Origin: Antedon mediterranea
Lineage: Eukaryota > Animalia > Echinodermata
DNA length: 64,000 bases
Assembly (NCBI RefSeq): GCF_964355755.1
Contig: NC_092672.1
Location: 23,077,237 to 23,141,236 of the forward strand
Reading direction: 5' to 3'
The notes under the pieces were generated by a model, which ran no database searches, was not told the DNA's origin, and worked only from the letters and a program-made list of their open reading frames with translations. This document shows positions 26,531 to 40,413 of the stretch, one piece after another. Position 1 is the first letter of the stretch; every line of letters begins with the position of its first letter. The translations under genes and the position numbers were made by a program.

Positions 26531-27862
26531 CAGTAATCACCTCTGTAGTCCCATGGGTACTCTTTTAAATAGTTATTGATTACAGTGCCTTAAAATGTTC
26601 TTTAAATAATAATTGTGTAAATTGATTTGACCAGGACCTTACCATGCCAAACCATATCAATACTTTGAGTTACAATTGTAGATAATATATTGATATTCAT
26701 TTGTAGCTATACACTAGGCTTCATTATCTTAAGGTTATTATAGTGTGCGTAACAGCAGTATGATCATACACACTATCATGACAACTACTGTAATACAGTG
26801 CTTATGATGTACACAGCCTATTTAATACTTAGTTGAAATGCCATTATTAGACATTTTTAATCATTGATTTATTTAGAGAACTTAATAAAACTTCACCAGA
26901 AGTTATAGAATGGTCATATCAGTTGTATTCTGATTGTTTATACTACTATAACAATATATGTTCACATTTTGTAGTAATACACTACCAACATGTATAGATA
27001 GTATTTACAATACCCATCTGAATAATTATACTACACCTTAATCTGAATACCTTATCCAACCTGAATACAGTATTTATACAGCGAATACTGTTTCGTAGTT
27101 TCATTCCATAAAACCATAATTTAACATCAAATAAATAGTCATAACATTAAATCTTCTTTATTTTAATAGATTCATCTCTTTTTTTTCTTTTGAAAAAGAT
27201 TTTAATATACACCCCAAAAATAAACATCTACCCTGTATGTGATGATACACATGGGGTCAAATCATTTTTCTATTCGACTTATTCGCTATCCGTCGCTAGG
27301 ACAGAATAATCTGGATTTTTTTCTTTTACATAATCCAAGTTAATCAACTACCACACTTTATTTCAAAAGATAATATTTTTTAGCATAAATATTTTTTCTG
27401 TAAAATGGCTGCATAATATAGTTATCCACACCTTGGCGGATAACTCCTTGTGATTGTATAAAATCATCATCAACTTTTTTTACCTGTATAATTCTTCTTT
27501 CATTCAATATTTCATAACTTCGTAAAGTTGTGCACCTACTATTTTTTTTAAACGTCAGAGTTGCGCAACATGACTTTCGTGCGATTTTATGAATTTGAAT
27601 GATTGTCAAATGTCATTTTGTATTGACACTTTTTTAATTTAAGTCATATCAAGAGTCAACTTTCTATGGATTAAAAATGGCATGTTTCACAAAGTTACGC
27701 GCACAAGATTTCTTACAACCAACACCTGCACTTGCTGTAACTTAATGCGTATTCTCAGTTTGTGAACTTAATTCTCTTGAATTTTTCATTATTTAAGCCT
27801 TAAAATAATTGAAAAGTCAATTAAACCATATCAACTTTATTTTAATGACTTACTGATTTTGA

Positions 27863-28155
27863 TTTTAAATGCATTATGGCTACTCATATGTTGATTGCAT
27901 TCTTAACCCTCTTTCACATTGACTATTCTTATTATTTTAAATGCATTATGGCTACTCATACATGCTGATTACCTTCTTAACCCTCTTTCACATTGACTAT
28001 TCTTATTATTTTAAATGCATTATGGCTACTCATACATGCTGATTGCCTTCTTAACCCTCTTTCACATTGACTATTCTTTTTATTTTAAATGCATTATGGC
28101 TACTCATACATGCTGATTGCCTTCTTAACCCTCTTTCACATTGACTATTCTTTTT
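27863..28155 (+). repeat. About 74-bp minisatellite, 4 units
   Basis: ttttaaatgcattatggctactcatacatgctgatt..cacattgactattct starts near 27863, 27935, 28009 and 28083. Two units at about 48755-48905 and one at about 59426-59490. Confidence 0.92.
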
Positions 28156-30025
28156 ATTGTACAAGTTACTAAATGTTTTAGTTTACTTAATTCACTTCCC
28201 ACAACCTTAATCAATAATCACCTTGACAAATTTCAATATAGATTTACCTCCTGGTTCATCTTGTTTTTCATCACTGTTTTATGTATGTTTACGTTTTTTC
28301 TCCTTGTACTCTATACGCACAAACATACTTTGCCTATTATATTATTCTTAATGTATATATAGTATAAGCCCATGGAGTAATTTATAATTCTTCCGTAAGC
28401 TTCCTAATTACATGTAAAGATAATAACATCGTCACATTTTGTATCTTATTTGTTTTGTGTATTTCAGTTATAAACGGCTACTACTGTAGGAAACATTTTT
28501 TTTGTACTGTACAGTAATTATTAATTTAAATAATAATATTTATTATTTGCATATCTATGGACGTACCATCAATTTCAAAATTCTTTTCAATTCAGTATGT
28601 TCTAGCAATACTTTCGAATTTGTAAATAATGTGTACTTGCTTTTTTAACTTCAGATTATGGACGATATACCTAAAGTGTATTTAAAATATACAGAAGTGT
28701 AAAATATTCTGTATTTATTTTTGTTACAATGAAAGTTACTGACCGCAAACAATCATGCATAGCCTACTTTAAACATAGAAAATGAGATTTCAATTGCAAC
28801 TCTTGCATTTTTAAGTTTAACTACGTCAACCTTGAAATCTGTTCGTCTGTAGGGCTCACACAAAGACGGGTGCTGATGCTAGTAATTTATATGATCAGAC
28901 CATTTGATATCTGTTGCTGCAGTTGAGATTCATACACTTTAAAGTAAAGTTTGATTTAATGTGATCACATCATTTCCCTATTATCATTTGATTTATAATT
29001 TTAGTTGTTAATTTTGTTGTTGTCGTCGTTGTGGTTTATACAGTAATTGTGAAACTAAACAAGATGAACGGATTAAAGAATAAAATATCTTACAATGTTT
29101 CTATGTTGTGCAGTCAAGATAAACTCTTTTCAGTTCAATATTATAGAAACTATTTTATCAAGAAAGAGACCATGCCCCGCTCTAAATAGAGATGCGGTTA
29201 TGTTAAGGAGTCCGAGATAGAACTTTCCAAAATTGATGAAGCTCATCTAAAAACACTGTTTTCATCAAGGTCAAATATGCATAAGTTAGAACTCAGAATT
29301 AGAATGCTCAGGATATTAATGAGTATCACTGAAATATTTATTAATAAATACAAATGTTGTTGAATTGTGTTATCCTAATGTCTACTACCAACCTTCATTT
29401 AAAATCAATTATTTTTTTAGGTAGATCAAGATCAAATATAGTTCTGACTTGTTAATGGTCACATGACAGTATAGTTTATTGGGCTTGCCAGTGATAATGA
29501 CAAAATATTTATTATTTTGGTCTACTATTACAGTAACACTTTTTATCAATTAATGATACTGTATAACATATCTGTGCAACCTCCAATATTGTATTTTAAA
29601 AAAATCAACAAAAATATATATATATTGTTTTTTTATATTGGAACTGAGAAAGGCATATATTCCTGATCTAAAATTATTTTCACTTTGGGATATTTTTGTA
29701 AATTACAACTTTCATAAAAAAAATATCATTAAAAAAAAGACAACATTGTATGTCTGAACATAGTATAAATATGCACATGGTATAAATATATAATTTTGTA
29801 AAATGCATCAGAGGTTGTACATTTGCAAAATAAAAAGAAAAAAAGGAATTTACATATTTATTTTTATACAGAAGAGTGAGTGGCACTATAGCCTTAGTCA
29901 ATGTAACTCTGTTATTTTTCTGCTATAAATGAGTTAGGAATAAAATTGTCATGTGACAGAATACCAATGTAACATTTTTTCTTTAATCAGTATTTTAAAA
30001 CCTGATGATTATAATCTCTTTCCAG

Positions 30026-30136
30026 AATGGAAACACTCCACTACATACACATCTGGCTAATATGTTTAAGGATCCTACATTAGAAATGGTGACCTGTCTC
30101 ATAAATAAGGGGGCATCGGTGACATCACAAAATAAG
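30026..30136 (+). CDS. Ankyrin-repeat internal exon B1: NGNTPLHTHLANMFKDPTLEMVTCLINKGASVTSQNK
   Basis: Acceptor tttccag, donor AAG|gtaata, 111 nt, phase 0-0, GxTPLH..LI.KGA motif. Confidence 0.88.
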
Positions 30137-31689
30137 GTAATATATATACAGACAATTTTCAGTAATACTGTATGCAACAATCTTTCACCTACTCGAGTAT
30201 ATTATTCTATTCTTTTTTTTTCTTTTTTTATATCTGGTTCATCATAATTAATAATAATGATAATTATTATTAAATTGTGTGATTTTTGGTAGACCTATTT
30301 AAAAAACCATTCCTTCAAAGATGACAATATCTACTATCACAGCGATTTTAAACTGATAGGAAGATTGTGGGTTGTATAATTTATGCTGAGATTGGACCTA
30401 TCGGATATTTTGACGACATGAAGTAATGGCAGTGGGTAGAAGGAATGTGCCCGGCTTCATATAAGTTATTTAATAAGGGCGTTTAATCCTATAACCTATG
30501 CTTCATTAAATACTCTGTAACCATCTGTATTTCAATACTGATCTACACATGCGCACAGCTCGAATCTGAATTAAATGAAAGAAAGAATATTTTCCATAAT
30601 TTGTTATCCAATGAACCATATCATATTCTAACTTTGCTCGATTTTGTCCCAATAAAACTGTATTCAGAATAAAAAGATCTATCCAACGATACCAAACAGT
30701 ACAGTATTTTGGTGAAATTGCCTTTTAACCTTTTGACCTTTATTGATCACGTGATTTGTTTAATTTCGCAATTACTATGTAACTATGCATTTATTGATAT
30801 GGGTGTAATGGAATAAAATAATCAGTATTACATTCCCTTTCCAATGATACCATGGATGACCAGCTTTAGTGTGGAACGTCGGCCATTTTGAAATACAAAA
30901 TTGCGGCTGAAGGAGTGGTCGAAAAAAATGGCACCTAACTTTTTTGGATTCAGCATCTCAAGAATAACAAAGTTAGCTAAAAAAATCTATTTTGGCACAA
31001 ATATCGAACTGGAAGACATAATAACCCGTACTACAACGACTAGGAAACCTTTAACATGTGGCTTACCTTTCATTGGTCATGCTTTTTAACAACCTACCTT
31101 CAACCCCTGCGTTAGCGGCTGCGGTAACACTAACCCAGCGAATGCTATGCAGTCCAAATATACTCATTGTACCCACAGCATAAAATATCCTTAAACAGCA
31201 CGGCAGCGTGAATAGGACATCTTTCTAGCATGTGGCTACTAGTTGATTTCACTGACTAAATAGTGCTAATGTGGTTCCATGCCTTCTACTCTCTATATCA
31301 GCATGTATAAAGACCTAGACCCAGGTATCTGTGTCCAACAATAGTGTCCAACCACCAATAGTTCTTGATAGTTCAAACACTGAATTATTTAATATTTTAA
31401 ATGAACTAAAATTTACACTATGTAGTATTTTTGTAAAAAATTAATAAAATATGAACTTAATGTTGATTTTCCTTTTACCTAACCTTGTATTATTTTAGGT
31501 AAATACAGAATTTCATTTACAGTATTGTTGTACAAAACTATGGAACAATCAAGTCCTTCTGTTTCTGAATTATTTCTTGTAGATGTTAAATCTTTGATAG
31601 TTTTACACCTTTTCACCTTCTGTCAATTATTTAAGAATTACTGACATTCAGTGATTGAAGTTTCTCCTTCATCTAATGTTCAAGCAGTA

Positions 31690-33177
31690 TCTATATATAA
31701 ATTTACGTAAGGGCAAAATTCGATAAATCTCGGTTTATTTCTAGAATTTTTACTCGATGGTATATAAAGTTGGTTCATACTTTCGGTACTGATTTTAACC
31801 ATCTGATGTAACCCTGTTTACTAATTAAATTTAGTTAGATAATTAGTTATTGACGATTAAAACAACGAATTTAGGTTCAACGATTTGCCCCAAATAGGGG
31901 TGTTTTCCAATCGTGGTATACACTGTCTAATGAATGTCCATGGAAAAATACCCGCACACAATAATACGAGTATGCTTCGCATTTTCCTATCTCCTCCTAC
32001 GATAATTGTTTTTAATAGCTGAAAACCGGTTGAACAGCTCGAGTATAGCATCATAATGTTGAAGACAGGCCGATTTTCTTTAAAAAAATACTATTTTGAT
32101 AGATTTAATATACACTTATACAACTGTTTTGATCTGCGATAAATGAAACATTCCAATCTCTGTTCCACAAGTGTCTATTCCCTCAGGCGTCGTAAAGACA
32201 AGTACTGTATCGTCATAACAGAAATTCGATCCATTTTATCCAATCTGTGCTCCAGAGGTTTGATATAGATATTTTTTTAAACGGATAATGAGCTAGCCTT
32301 TCCAGTCGCCGTCTATTATGTACAATCATCTTTATTATTGCAGTTAAACCACCACCCACACCACCACCCTCCCACTCACTGGCATGAGTAGCATTGTAAA
32401 GCCATTAGGGGATAGGCCTACGGTACGGTATGAAGGATCACATGCCCTAAACGCAGAACAACTTTGGTGGTTAGAAACCAACTTAAATATGAATTGGCTC
32501 TAATCTAAGAAACAATTCAAAACCATAAGACCTACTAATTAAGTTAAGTTAGATAATTATTTATTGACGATTAAAGCGAATTTACGATATTCCCAGAATA
32601 GAGATGTTTAGGCTACTTTATTACTGACAGTTCCTTCTGAACGTTAATATTAATTAATAACCTAATTACTGTACAAAAAATATAAACGTCGTATTATTAG
32701 TGTACTATTTCAATCGACTATATGGTGACAGTTTCAGCAAAGTATTACATAGCAATGTTTTACTGTGTTTAGTCATGGAGGTATAAATACCTCCATGGTT
32801 TAATGGTATATTATTTGTAAAACATGAAAACAATTAATATTTCGTTACTAAATGGATAAAAAATATATTTAAAAATTGTTCGTCTTTGCACCCATCCTCT
32901 TCCCTATCTCTCAACCTTCATGTTGCATACAAAACACAAATTCAGTTTGTTTCAAAACAATTGGTCTTATTTTGTGACAAGTTTTTCTTTCGGAAGTAAT
33001 TCCCAGGGTGCTAATTTTAGTTGAGTACATAAATCACAGTGTCTATTTATTCGTTCCTGTAAACGACAAATATTATTGTCCTGCATGTACATTTTAAAGA
33101 TGAAATTACTATGTATTCGAGAACCATCTGTGGGCATGACCTAGATGGTACGCGAGCGAAGCGAGCGTACCATCTAG
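31690..33177 (+). mobile_element. Non-autonomous Helitron, unit 1
   Basis: 5' TCTATATATA after a host A. 3' hairpin CTAGATGGTACGCGAGCGAAGCGAGCGTACCATCTAG ending in CTAG. No TSD. Confidence 0.9.
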
Positions 33178-34266
33178 TCTATATATAAATTTACGTAAGG
33201 GCAAAATTCGGTAAATCGCGCGTTACTTCTAGAATGTTTACTCGATGGTATATAAAGTTGGTTCGTACTTTTGGTACTGATTTTAACCACCTGATGTAAC
33301 CCTGTTTACTAATTAAATTGAGTCAGATAATTAGTTATTGGCAATTAAAACGAATTTAGGTTCAACGATTTGCCCCAAATAGGGGTGTTTTCCGATCGTG
33401 GTATACACTGTCTAATGCATGTCCATCGTGAAAAATACCCGCATACAATAATACGAGGATGCTTCGCATTTTCCTATCTCCTCCTACGATAACTGTTTTT
33501 AATGGCTGAAAACCGTTTGAACAGCTCGAGTACAGCATCATAATGTTGAAGACAGGCCGATTTTCTTTAAAAAAATACTATTTTGATAGATTTAATATAC
33601 GTTTATACAAATGTATTGATTTGCAATGAATGGAACATTTCAAATTATTTCGTTTAACCATACTTGCATACCTCCATGGTTTAACACAAGTAGGTAAATT
33701 TATAGACCCTTGGAGAATAAACAGAAATAGTATTGTAATTCTATACAATACTGCAAATAGGTATTAACCACTTTTGATCGCCATTTGAATCAAAAGTGTG
33801 TTGGTATACTGTTAGATATAATATAAACAAATATACTAATAAACGTTATCACTGTGAGTGTGTGGGTAGCCCCTACTTTTAGATTATAAACACATAATAA
33901 TATAATACTTTATTACTGTCAGTTGTTTCTCAACGTTTGTATTAATTAATAATTACAAAAATATAAACGTATTAGTGGTCTTTAAATGTACTTCACTATT
34001 TCAAACGACCATGAGACAGTGACAGTTTTAATAAAGTATTAAATCGGAAATATTTTACTCTATTTAGTGGTATATTATTTATAGGCCTATAAAAAAAATA
34101 TTTCGTTACTGAGTAGATATAAAAGAAATATAAAGAATAATTTAATATAAAGAATATATTAAAAAATTGTTCCTCTTTGTACCTCATCCCCAACGCTCAA
34201 CTCTAATGACAAGTTTCTAGGTGCTAATTTTGGTTGACTACATAAATCATTATGTCTATCATCTAG
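33178..34266 (+). mobile_element. Non-autonomous Helitron, unit 2 (same family, head-to-tail)
   Basis: Same 5' roughly 460 bp as unit 1; ends ATCTAG before a host T. Empty A|T site aagctgta|ttgttataatg near 23859-23878. Confidence 0.88.
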
Positions 34267-34484
34267 TTGTTATAATGTTTTTTTATTGAGAATTGTCCTA
34301 TAATTTCACACATCAATTAATTATTATTATTATTTGAAATCAAAAAAAAATGTACATTGACTTAGGAATGTATTTAATAATTGCCCTGATTTAATGCATA
34401 ACTATTAATTTAAATTGTATACTGGCTTTTTCTTTTTATCCAAATGTACATATGAAAAACATAAGCACTCATTTTGAGGACTTG

Positions 34485-37400
34485 TGATGAGTTGAAAATC
34501 AAATAACAATATTATCAAGTTAAAGTTCAATACAATTTTTTTCGTAATGGTCAAATGAATACAAAACAGAAAATATATTTAGGTTACATTAATTTATTTA
34601 AAAAGTAGCATGAAAACATAAAATAAAATACATGAATAAAGGTAATAACTATACAGGAACCAAAACTTAAAACAAATAAATAAAATCAACAGAAATATAG
34701 ACAATAGCATATTATTTTATCAGAAAAGTAGTTGGACAGATAATGATTTTCAATTATTATACAAAAGTCTTTCTGATTAGAAACAAGGGTTGAATCAAGA
34801 CTATTCCACTTATATTTGGGGTAAAACATTATTTTTTGTTTAAAATAATTGGCAAACTCTGCAATCCTCCAAAAAACATAGCAAACCTCATTTAACCAAC
34901 ATAAAAGTGATTGAATCAGTAGTGTACAACTCACTTGGTTTGTCAATTAAAAAAAAACAATTTAAATATATTTTTTGTTTAATTAATTATTTTGCCATAA
35001 AGCATTATTGTTTGGTTTAAAAATATAATTGCTAAACCTTCACTCTTGGATTAAAGGGGACGTAATTACCAGCCCAAACAATGTTACAGTACTGTATAAT
35101 TAAAACATTTTATTTTAATTTCTTTAGAATACTAATATATTTAGATATTTTATTTGATAAAAATTGTTGGCAGCCAATAATCCAATTAAAAGACCAAGGA
35201 ATGATACTTCACTTATTAATTTTCTATCAAAAAAAATATAACAATTGCTGTGTGTAAGTTTATATCTAATACAATTTGTTTTAACCGTAATAATTAATAA
35301 TTGGTTTGTAGTGAACCATTCATTAGCTTACTTAACTCTAAACTTAAAAAGTTCAACAAGAAATCAATATTGTTATTAAAATAAAATAAAGTTGTACTGT
35401 ATCATCTGCATAAAAAAAGGTTGTCTGGAAGATTTACTAATTATTAATTTGAAATAATGATTTCGGTCTGTAAAATAGCTTTAAACCAATCTAAGAAAAA
35501 TACCATAGCGAAACAACTTGAAAATATCATGGTTAACAACATCAAAATGTTTTCATACATCTAGAAAAGTACTTCATAAAATTAATTGTTTTCAAATGCA
35601 GTATTAACAGAATTAGTGAGTTCAAGAAAAGTATGTCAAAAGTGATATTGTATGCATACATTTTTCATTATTTTTTGAAAAAAATGGGTAAAATTAAGAT
35701 TGGTATAAAACTATCCGTTTTTAAATACAGGATTTACTTTTAATATGATTAGGTACAGAACCCATCATGAATGATTAATTAATGGCATGAGATGGCTTAT
35801 AATAATAGAGCAACCTTTTTAAGAATCGACATGCTCTGAACGTTTACTAGAATCCAAACTATTAATTATATTAAGCACTTCTGTTTCAGATATAAATGAG
35901 AGGCTATTGGAGGTGGTAATTAAGAGATTAGGTCTTTGGTATTTTTAGGAATATAGAATAACAGAGTTTTACAAATTGATGAAAAATAATCACTAAATTC
36001 TGGCTAATTATGTTTGTATCATAAAAATATTCATCATTAATTTGTTAAACATGAGGTGTATTTCTACTTTCTTTACCGGGATTAATTACAGAATGTATTA
36101 CTTCTCATTTGTTATGTTACATTAAATCTGATTGAATTTAGTTTTGTAGCATTTTTTCTTTGAAATTTGACAGTGCAGTAATAATGTTCATAGCATTTTT
36201 ATTAAATTATTATTATGTGTATGACAAAGATGGTGATTTGTTTAGAAGGATTTCTGAATCATAAACATTACACATTGTACATTGTACCTACCTACTGTAA
36301 GTCATGACCAATATAGTATATATGTTTAAAGATTACTATTTTTAATAATTTTCCTTCATTAAATGCTTTTTCTGGATGTCGACAGCCGGCATAAAATGTT
36401 GTTGCCTTCATAGCCTTAGCTTTTCGAATCACAATGGATCTTTGCGGCCTATAAATGATAATGTGTCTTGGGCATAGATCTTCACCTCAATTTTTCTAGT
36501 TCAGTGTACATTTTCAATCGAAATATTATTTAAGCCAAGATCAGTTTTAAATATGTCCTTTACAAGGTGCATTTGATCTTTTCCTTGATGTCACCAAATC
36601 ATAGGTTGTAGCTTCTTAAATGCCTTTCAACTCGTAGCAAATTCAGCTTCCATGTAGCTATTGTATCCTGTTTAGATTTGATGTTTCACACATTCATGTC
36701 AAACTATCCGTTGTAGCTTTAAATTTATCCTTAGTTTTACTTTGAAGTTCCATAACATTTCTGTTTAGCAATGCTTGTTAGCCTTGCTTTAGTGATGCTC
36801 TTTCCTTGTCAATCCTAGTATTTATCAGCTGCTAAGCTACTCATTTCACCACTCAATGCATTCATTCAACATTTTTTTATTCATAGCGTGTTCAGTAGGC
36901 TCAGTTTTTATACCTATACTATGAATTCGTGTTTTTCTTGTATTCATAGTTCAAGATAAAGCACTATTAATTGGTTATGAATACTCCTAGGCTTATATTC
37001 TTAGTAAAATGTAATACTTGCAGAATGATCAACTGTTGGGAATTAAATATTATACAGAGCATTGTATGTCTTCACTCAGAGATGTCCATAGCACTTTAAT
37101 TTTACAGTAAATAAGAATTTGAGTTCTCTACACTAAAGGTTATTCACATGACAGTATGTAATAGTGATATGTAAAAGGAATTTAATAATAAATCATAATC
37201 ATCAGAAATAGAACAATTTATTTAATTAATTCAAATTGTTCAATATAATTTAAAATATTTAATATTCCTGGAGTATTATCACAAATAGATAATCATTTCA
37301 ATTTGTAGCATTCAAAATACAGTAGGAGAGTTTGTTTATAATTTTATAATTGTATTACTTGATAGGTTGGCACCCAAACATTTTTAATTTTTTTTACTCC

Positions 37401-38200
37401 ATCTTTGGTATTTAATTGCATTCTTTGAAAATTACCTTTTTTTCAATGAGCTTGCCTGAATCTTCAACTGTCTGGTGTTTTCAAATCTCCTTCTCCTTTT
37501 TATTTGGATATATATTGTATTTTCATCTTCTTCCCAACTTTTTTATTATTTTTTTCAGGGAGCCTAGGCGTAAAGTTTTTCAACTTATATAGGTTTCCTT
37601 CTACACATACTATGTTTTTTATTGGTTATTATTAAGTGTTTATATAATTATTATTTTATGTATTTTTAATATATGTATGGAGAACATTTATTGAATATTT
37701 ATTGAAAATTGATTAAACAAATCAAATCAAATAAAACAAATCATAATATAATTTTGTGTATATGCTAAAAATGCCTTAGTAAACAACTCACATGCTGTAT
37801 ACGAATACCAATGGGCTACTGGTTTAAATTTTGGTTGATATCTAGTAAGACTAATAATACAATTAATGTGCATTACTAGAGTAAGCTAAGCTAGTGGCAT
37901 GTTTTGAAATTAAAATGACCATTTTGATTAACTGGCATTACATAAATGAAAGTGAAACTATTGTTTAATGGTGAGTACAGGTATTCTTTAAACGAATAGA
38001 GTTAGCCTAGGCCTTTAGGCTTATAATACATAGCAGACAATATTTTTGTGAATAGAATAAATAAATAAAAATACTTTTGTCTTTTTCTAATTGGACATTT
38101 GGATTAATCATAAATACAACAGTTCTGACTACATTAGGTGTCCTGTAAAATCATTTCATTTTTTTTTCTGTGGCCTAGACATTTTTTCATTCATACTTCA
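34485..38200 (+). repeat. Intronic duplication block 1, copy B
   Basis: Sister of 4095-9850. Lacks the HINEs at 4151 and 7979 and about 1.5 kb corresponding to 5790-7270. Confidence 0.92.
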
Positions 38201-40190
38201 AATTTTGTAAGAATTGTCAGGATATCATGTCATGCAACATGTAAATATTGCTGTTTTTGGACATGACATCATAACTCAGGTTAGGACTCTCCTAATATTA
38301 ACCACTAGCAATTATACCCGCCCCAGGGCGGGTTTCAAAATTAGTTTAAAGCCTTCTCAACACCCGACGCCAGTATCTGTCTATATACTCACCAATCTCC
38401 ACCCTTCTTCAATACCACCCCATACTCTTTTTTAAAAACAAATTCTTCCCAGTGATGGACAAATTCAATTCAACGTAAGCTTCAAATTGAGAGGAGTATA
38501 CATAGCTATGATGGGTCTAATAATGGTTGAAGTACATTGTAAATTGTGTAAATGAATAGGTGTCATATTGGCTGATAATTAAAATATCTAATTTAGATAC
38601 TGCGGGGCCCCAGCCTTTTTTCTCCTCTCACCACTCCAGCCACAATCAACAAACCTTAACTCCTCCCCTAGACAGTTCAAATATAGTACTTTTCCTAGTA
38701 CAATTCCAAGCATATAGGCTACTTCATCATGGAGGCGACATTTAAGTTTATCTAAATTGTGTGCACAATAAAAAGAAGTTTGCTATTTATTTTGTATAAC
38801 AATTAACACATGGAATATTTTAAAACACATTTTGTTTTTATTGTTCACTAATATAATATAATAATATTTAATATTGTTGGTGTTCCACTTTAGTGCTTTT
38901 TGACATTAGGCTTAAATATAGTTGTTACTGTGTGCAAAACAATATCAGTTTTTTTGTAGCAACAGTGTACAGTTATATGCTCTAATTTAAAATATAATCT
39001 TTAATGTGTATTATTATCAATACATATTGCTATATATACGTTATGTTTTTTCACGATATGGTCATAAATTTCCATTTGAAATACTTTATAAAACATTTAC
39101 AATAGTGCCTTGACCATTATTTAATTAATATTATTTTTTAAAACAGTATTTAATCAAAAGGTGTATTGTCCCAAAATCATGAAAAATGAAGATTAATTTT
39201 ATAAATCAGATTTTGAATATGTTGTTTTGTAGGGTTTTAATAAAGTAACTGTAATCACTTCCGTAGAAAAAAAAAATGTTGTCATGGTTAAATTCAACCA
39301 AAAACCCATTGGCTGGCAGCCAATTTGAACATTTTTTCATTAAAATATTTAATTTAAAATTTTTTCAGGTAAATACATTTTTTTGGATCAAATTTTTGGT
39401 CTAAATGGCACTTTCAACAAAAATGTTGTTAAGAATAATTTTTTTTTTCAGGGGGACATTGCATTTTTAACAAAAACACTTAAAATTTCACAAACCTTCA
39501 ATTGTTCTTAAATATAATTTTGTATTTTAAAAGTGCAATTTTCACAAATTTGTTTTTTAGACAAGTCACTTAAAAATGCCCTCATGATCCCTGTGTATTA
39601 TAATGATCAAAGATGCTAGTTGTACTGAATATTTTAGTAATGACATGTTTTATTCATCATTTTTAGTAATGCATTTTGCCATACTCTCTTTTATTGTCAA
39701 CACACTACCAACTCCGTCCACCACCTCCTCATCATTAAGCGAAGAGCAATGATATTAAAGGATGTAATATAGACCCATATTAGACCCATTTTTAGTTTGT
39801 GCTTATTTTTTCCATAATACAATACAAGGGCCTATACATTTTATATTACACAGTGCCCTCACTCATCATTTATTTCTTTTGTTTGTTCACACTTTTAGTA
39901 CCAGTGTACTGTTCAATAAAGGCCAACAAATCTGTAAAAAATTTAATTAAATTTAATTTTTTAGACCTTTTTTACGAAACACATTTTAATTGAAATAGCA
40001 TTTAAAATAAAAGAAAAACAATTACCAGCATTAAACTAGAAGATGATTTCATTTCATTATTCGGTCTATTTCAGTATATGCATAAAAAAAACCTGAAGTT
40101 GGGGAGACCAGGGTCAACCTACAGTAATTAGTGAACTTAATCACTAAGCTATACGGTAATATTTGTTGTCTTAGTCTAATTTGGCATTTT

Positions 40191-40300
40191 TAGTCATGTG
40201 CAAATGAGACTCTATAGCTCACTATGTCGGTCGGTAGGTTGGTCGGTAAACACTAACTCAAATTTGCGCATGTGACTGCAGCCATGTATATGGCCTTGTT
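40191..40300 (+). mobile_element. Short HINE-type element, close relative of 18165-18265
   Basis: TAGTCATGTGC..CTCACTATGTCGGTCGG..AACACTAACTCAAATTTGCGCA..GGCCTTGTT. Confidence 0.7.
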
Positions 40301-40370
40301 AATCATCTATTTAAATAATAATAAATACAACATAGTATAAAACTGACTCCAAATAACAAGAGGCAAGCCA

Positions 40371-40413
40371 TGATTCAACGTTTCGATCTTTATTTTATCA
40401 TCATCAGGAATGA
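40371..40413 (-). ncRNA. Solo minimal type I hammerhead ribozyme-like motif
   Basis: The - strand reads AUUC-CUGAUGA-U-GAU(AAAAUAAAG)AUC-GAAAC-GUU-GAAU: canonical core, 4-bp stem I, 3-bp stem II, palindromic AACGUU at stem III. Confidence 0.6.

Larger units (their letters stand above)
26801..30665 (+). repeat. Exon-containing duplication block 4, copy A (full sister about 57791-61960; partial third copy about 46136-49084)
   Basis: Starts ttatgatgtacacagcctatttaatac in all three copies and is highly similar by eye. The two full copies each contain a B-type ankyrin exon. Confidence 0.95.

Noticed and set aside
28141-28362. ORF MTILFIVQVTKC.. found three times (28141, 48892, 59476)
   Set aside because: It begins at TTG, has low-complexity composition and no domain. 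Recurrence is explained by the intronic duplication.
30005-30247. 80-aa and 87-aa ORFs (also 61305-61568) as standalone small genes
   Set aside because: Only the AG..GT-bounded part is ankyrin-like; the rest is intron read-through.
38850-39150. Expected sister of exon A1 upstream of the weak 19660/39600 similarity
   Set aside because: No ankyrin-coding or splice-bounded 99-nt segment was found by eye.
39156-39600. Possible further Kolobok-type MITE starting AGGTGTATTGTCCC
   Set aside because: Only the left end resembles 58654; no matching right TIR or TSD was found.
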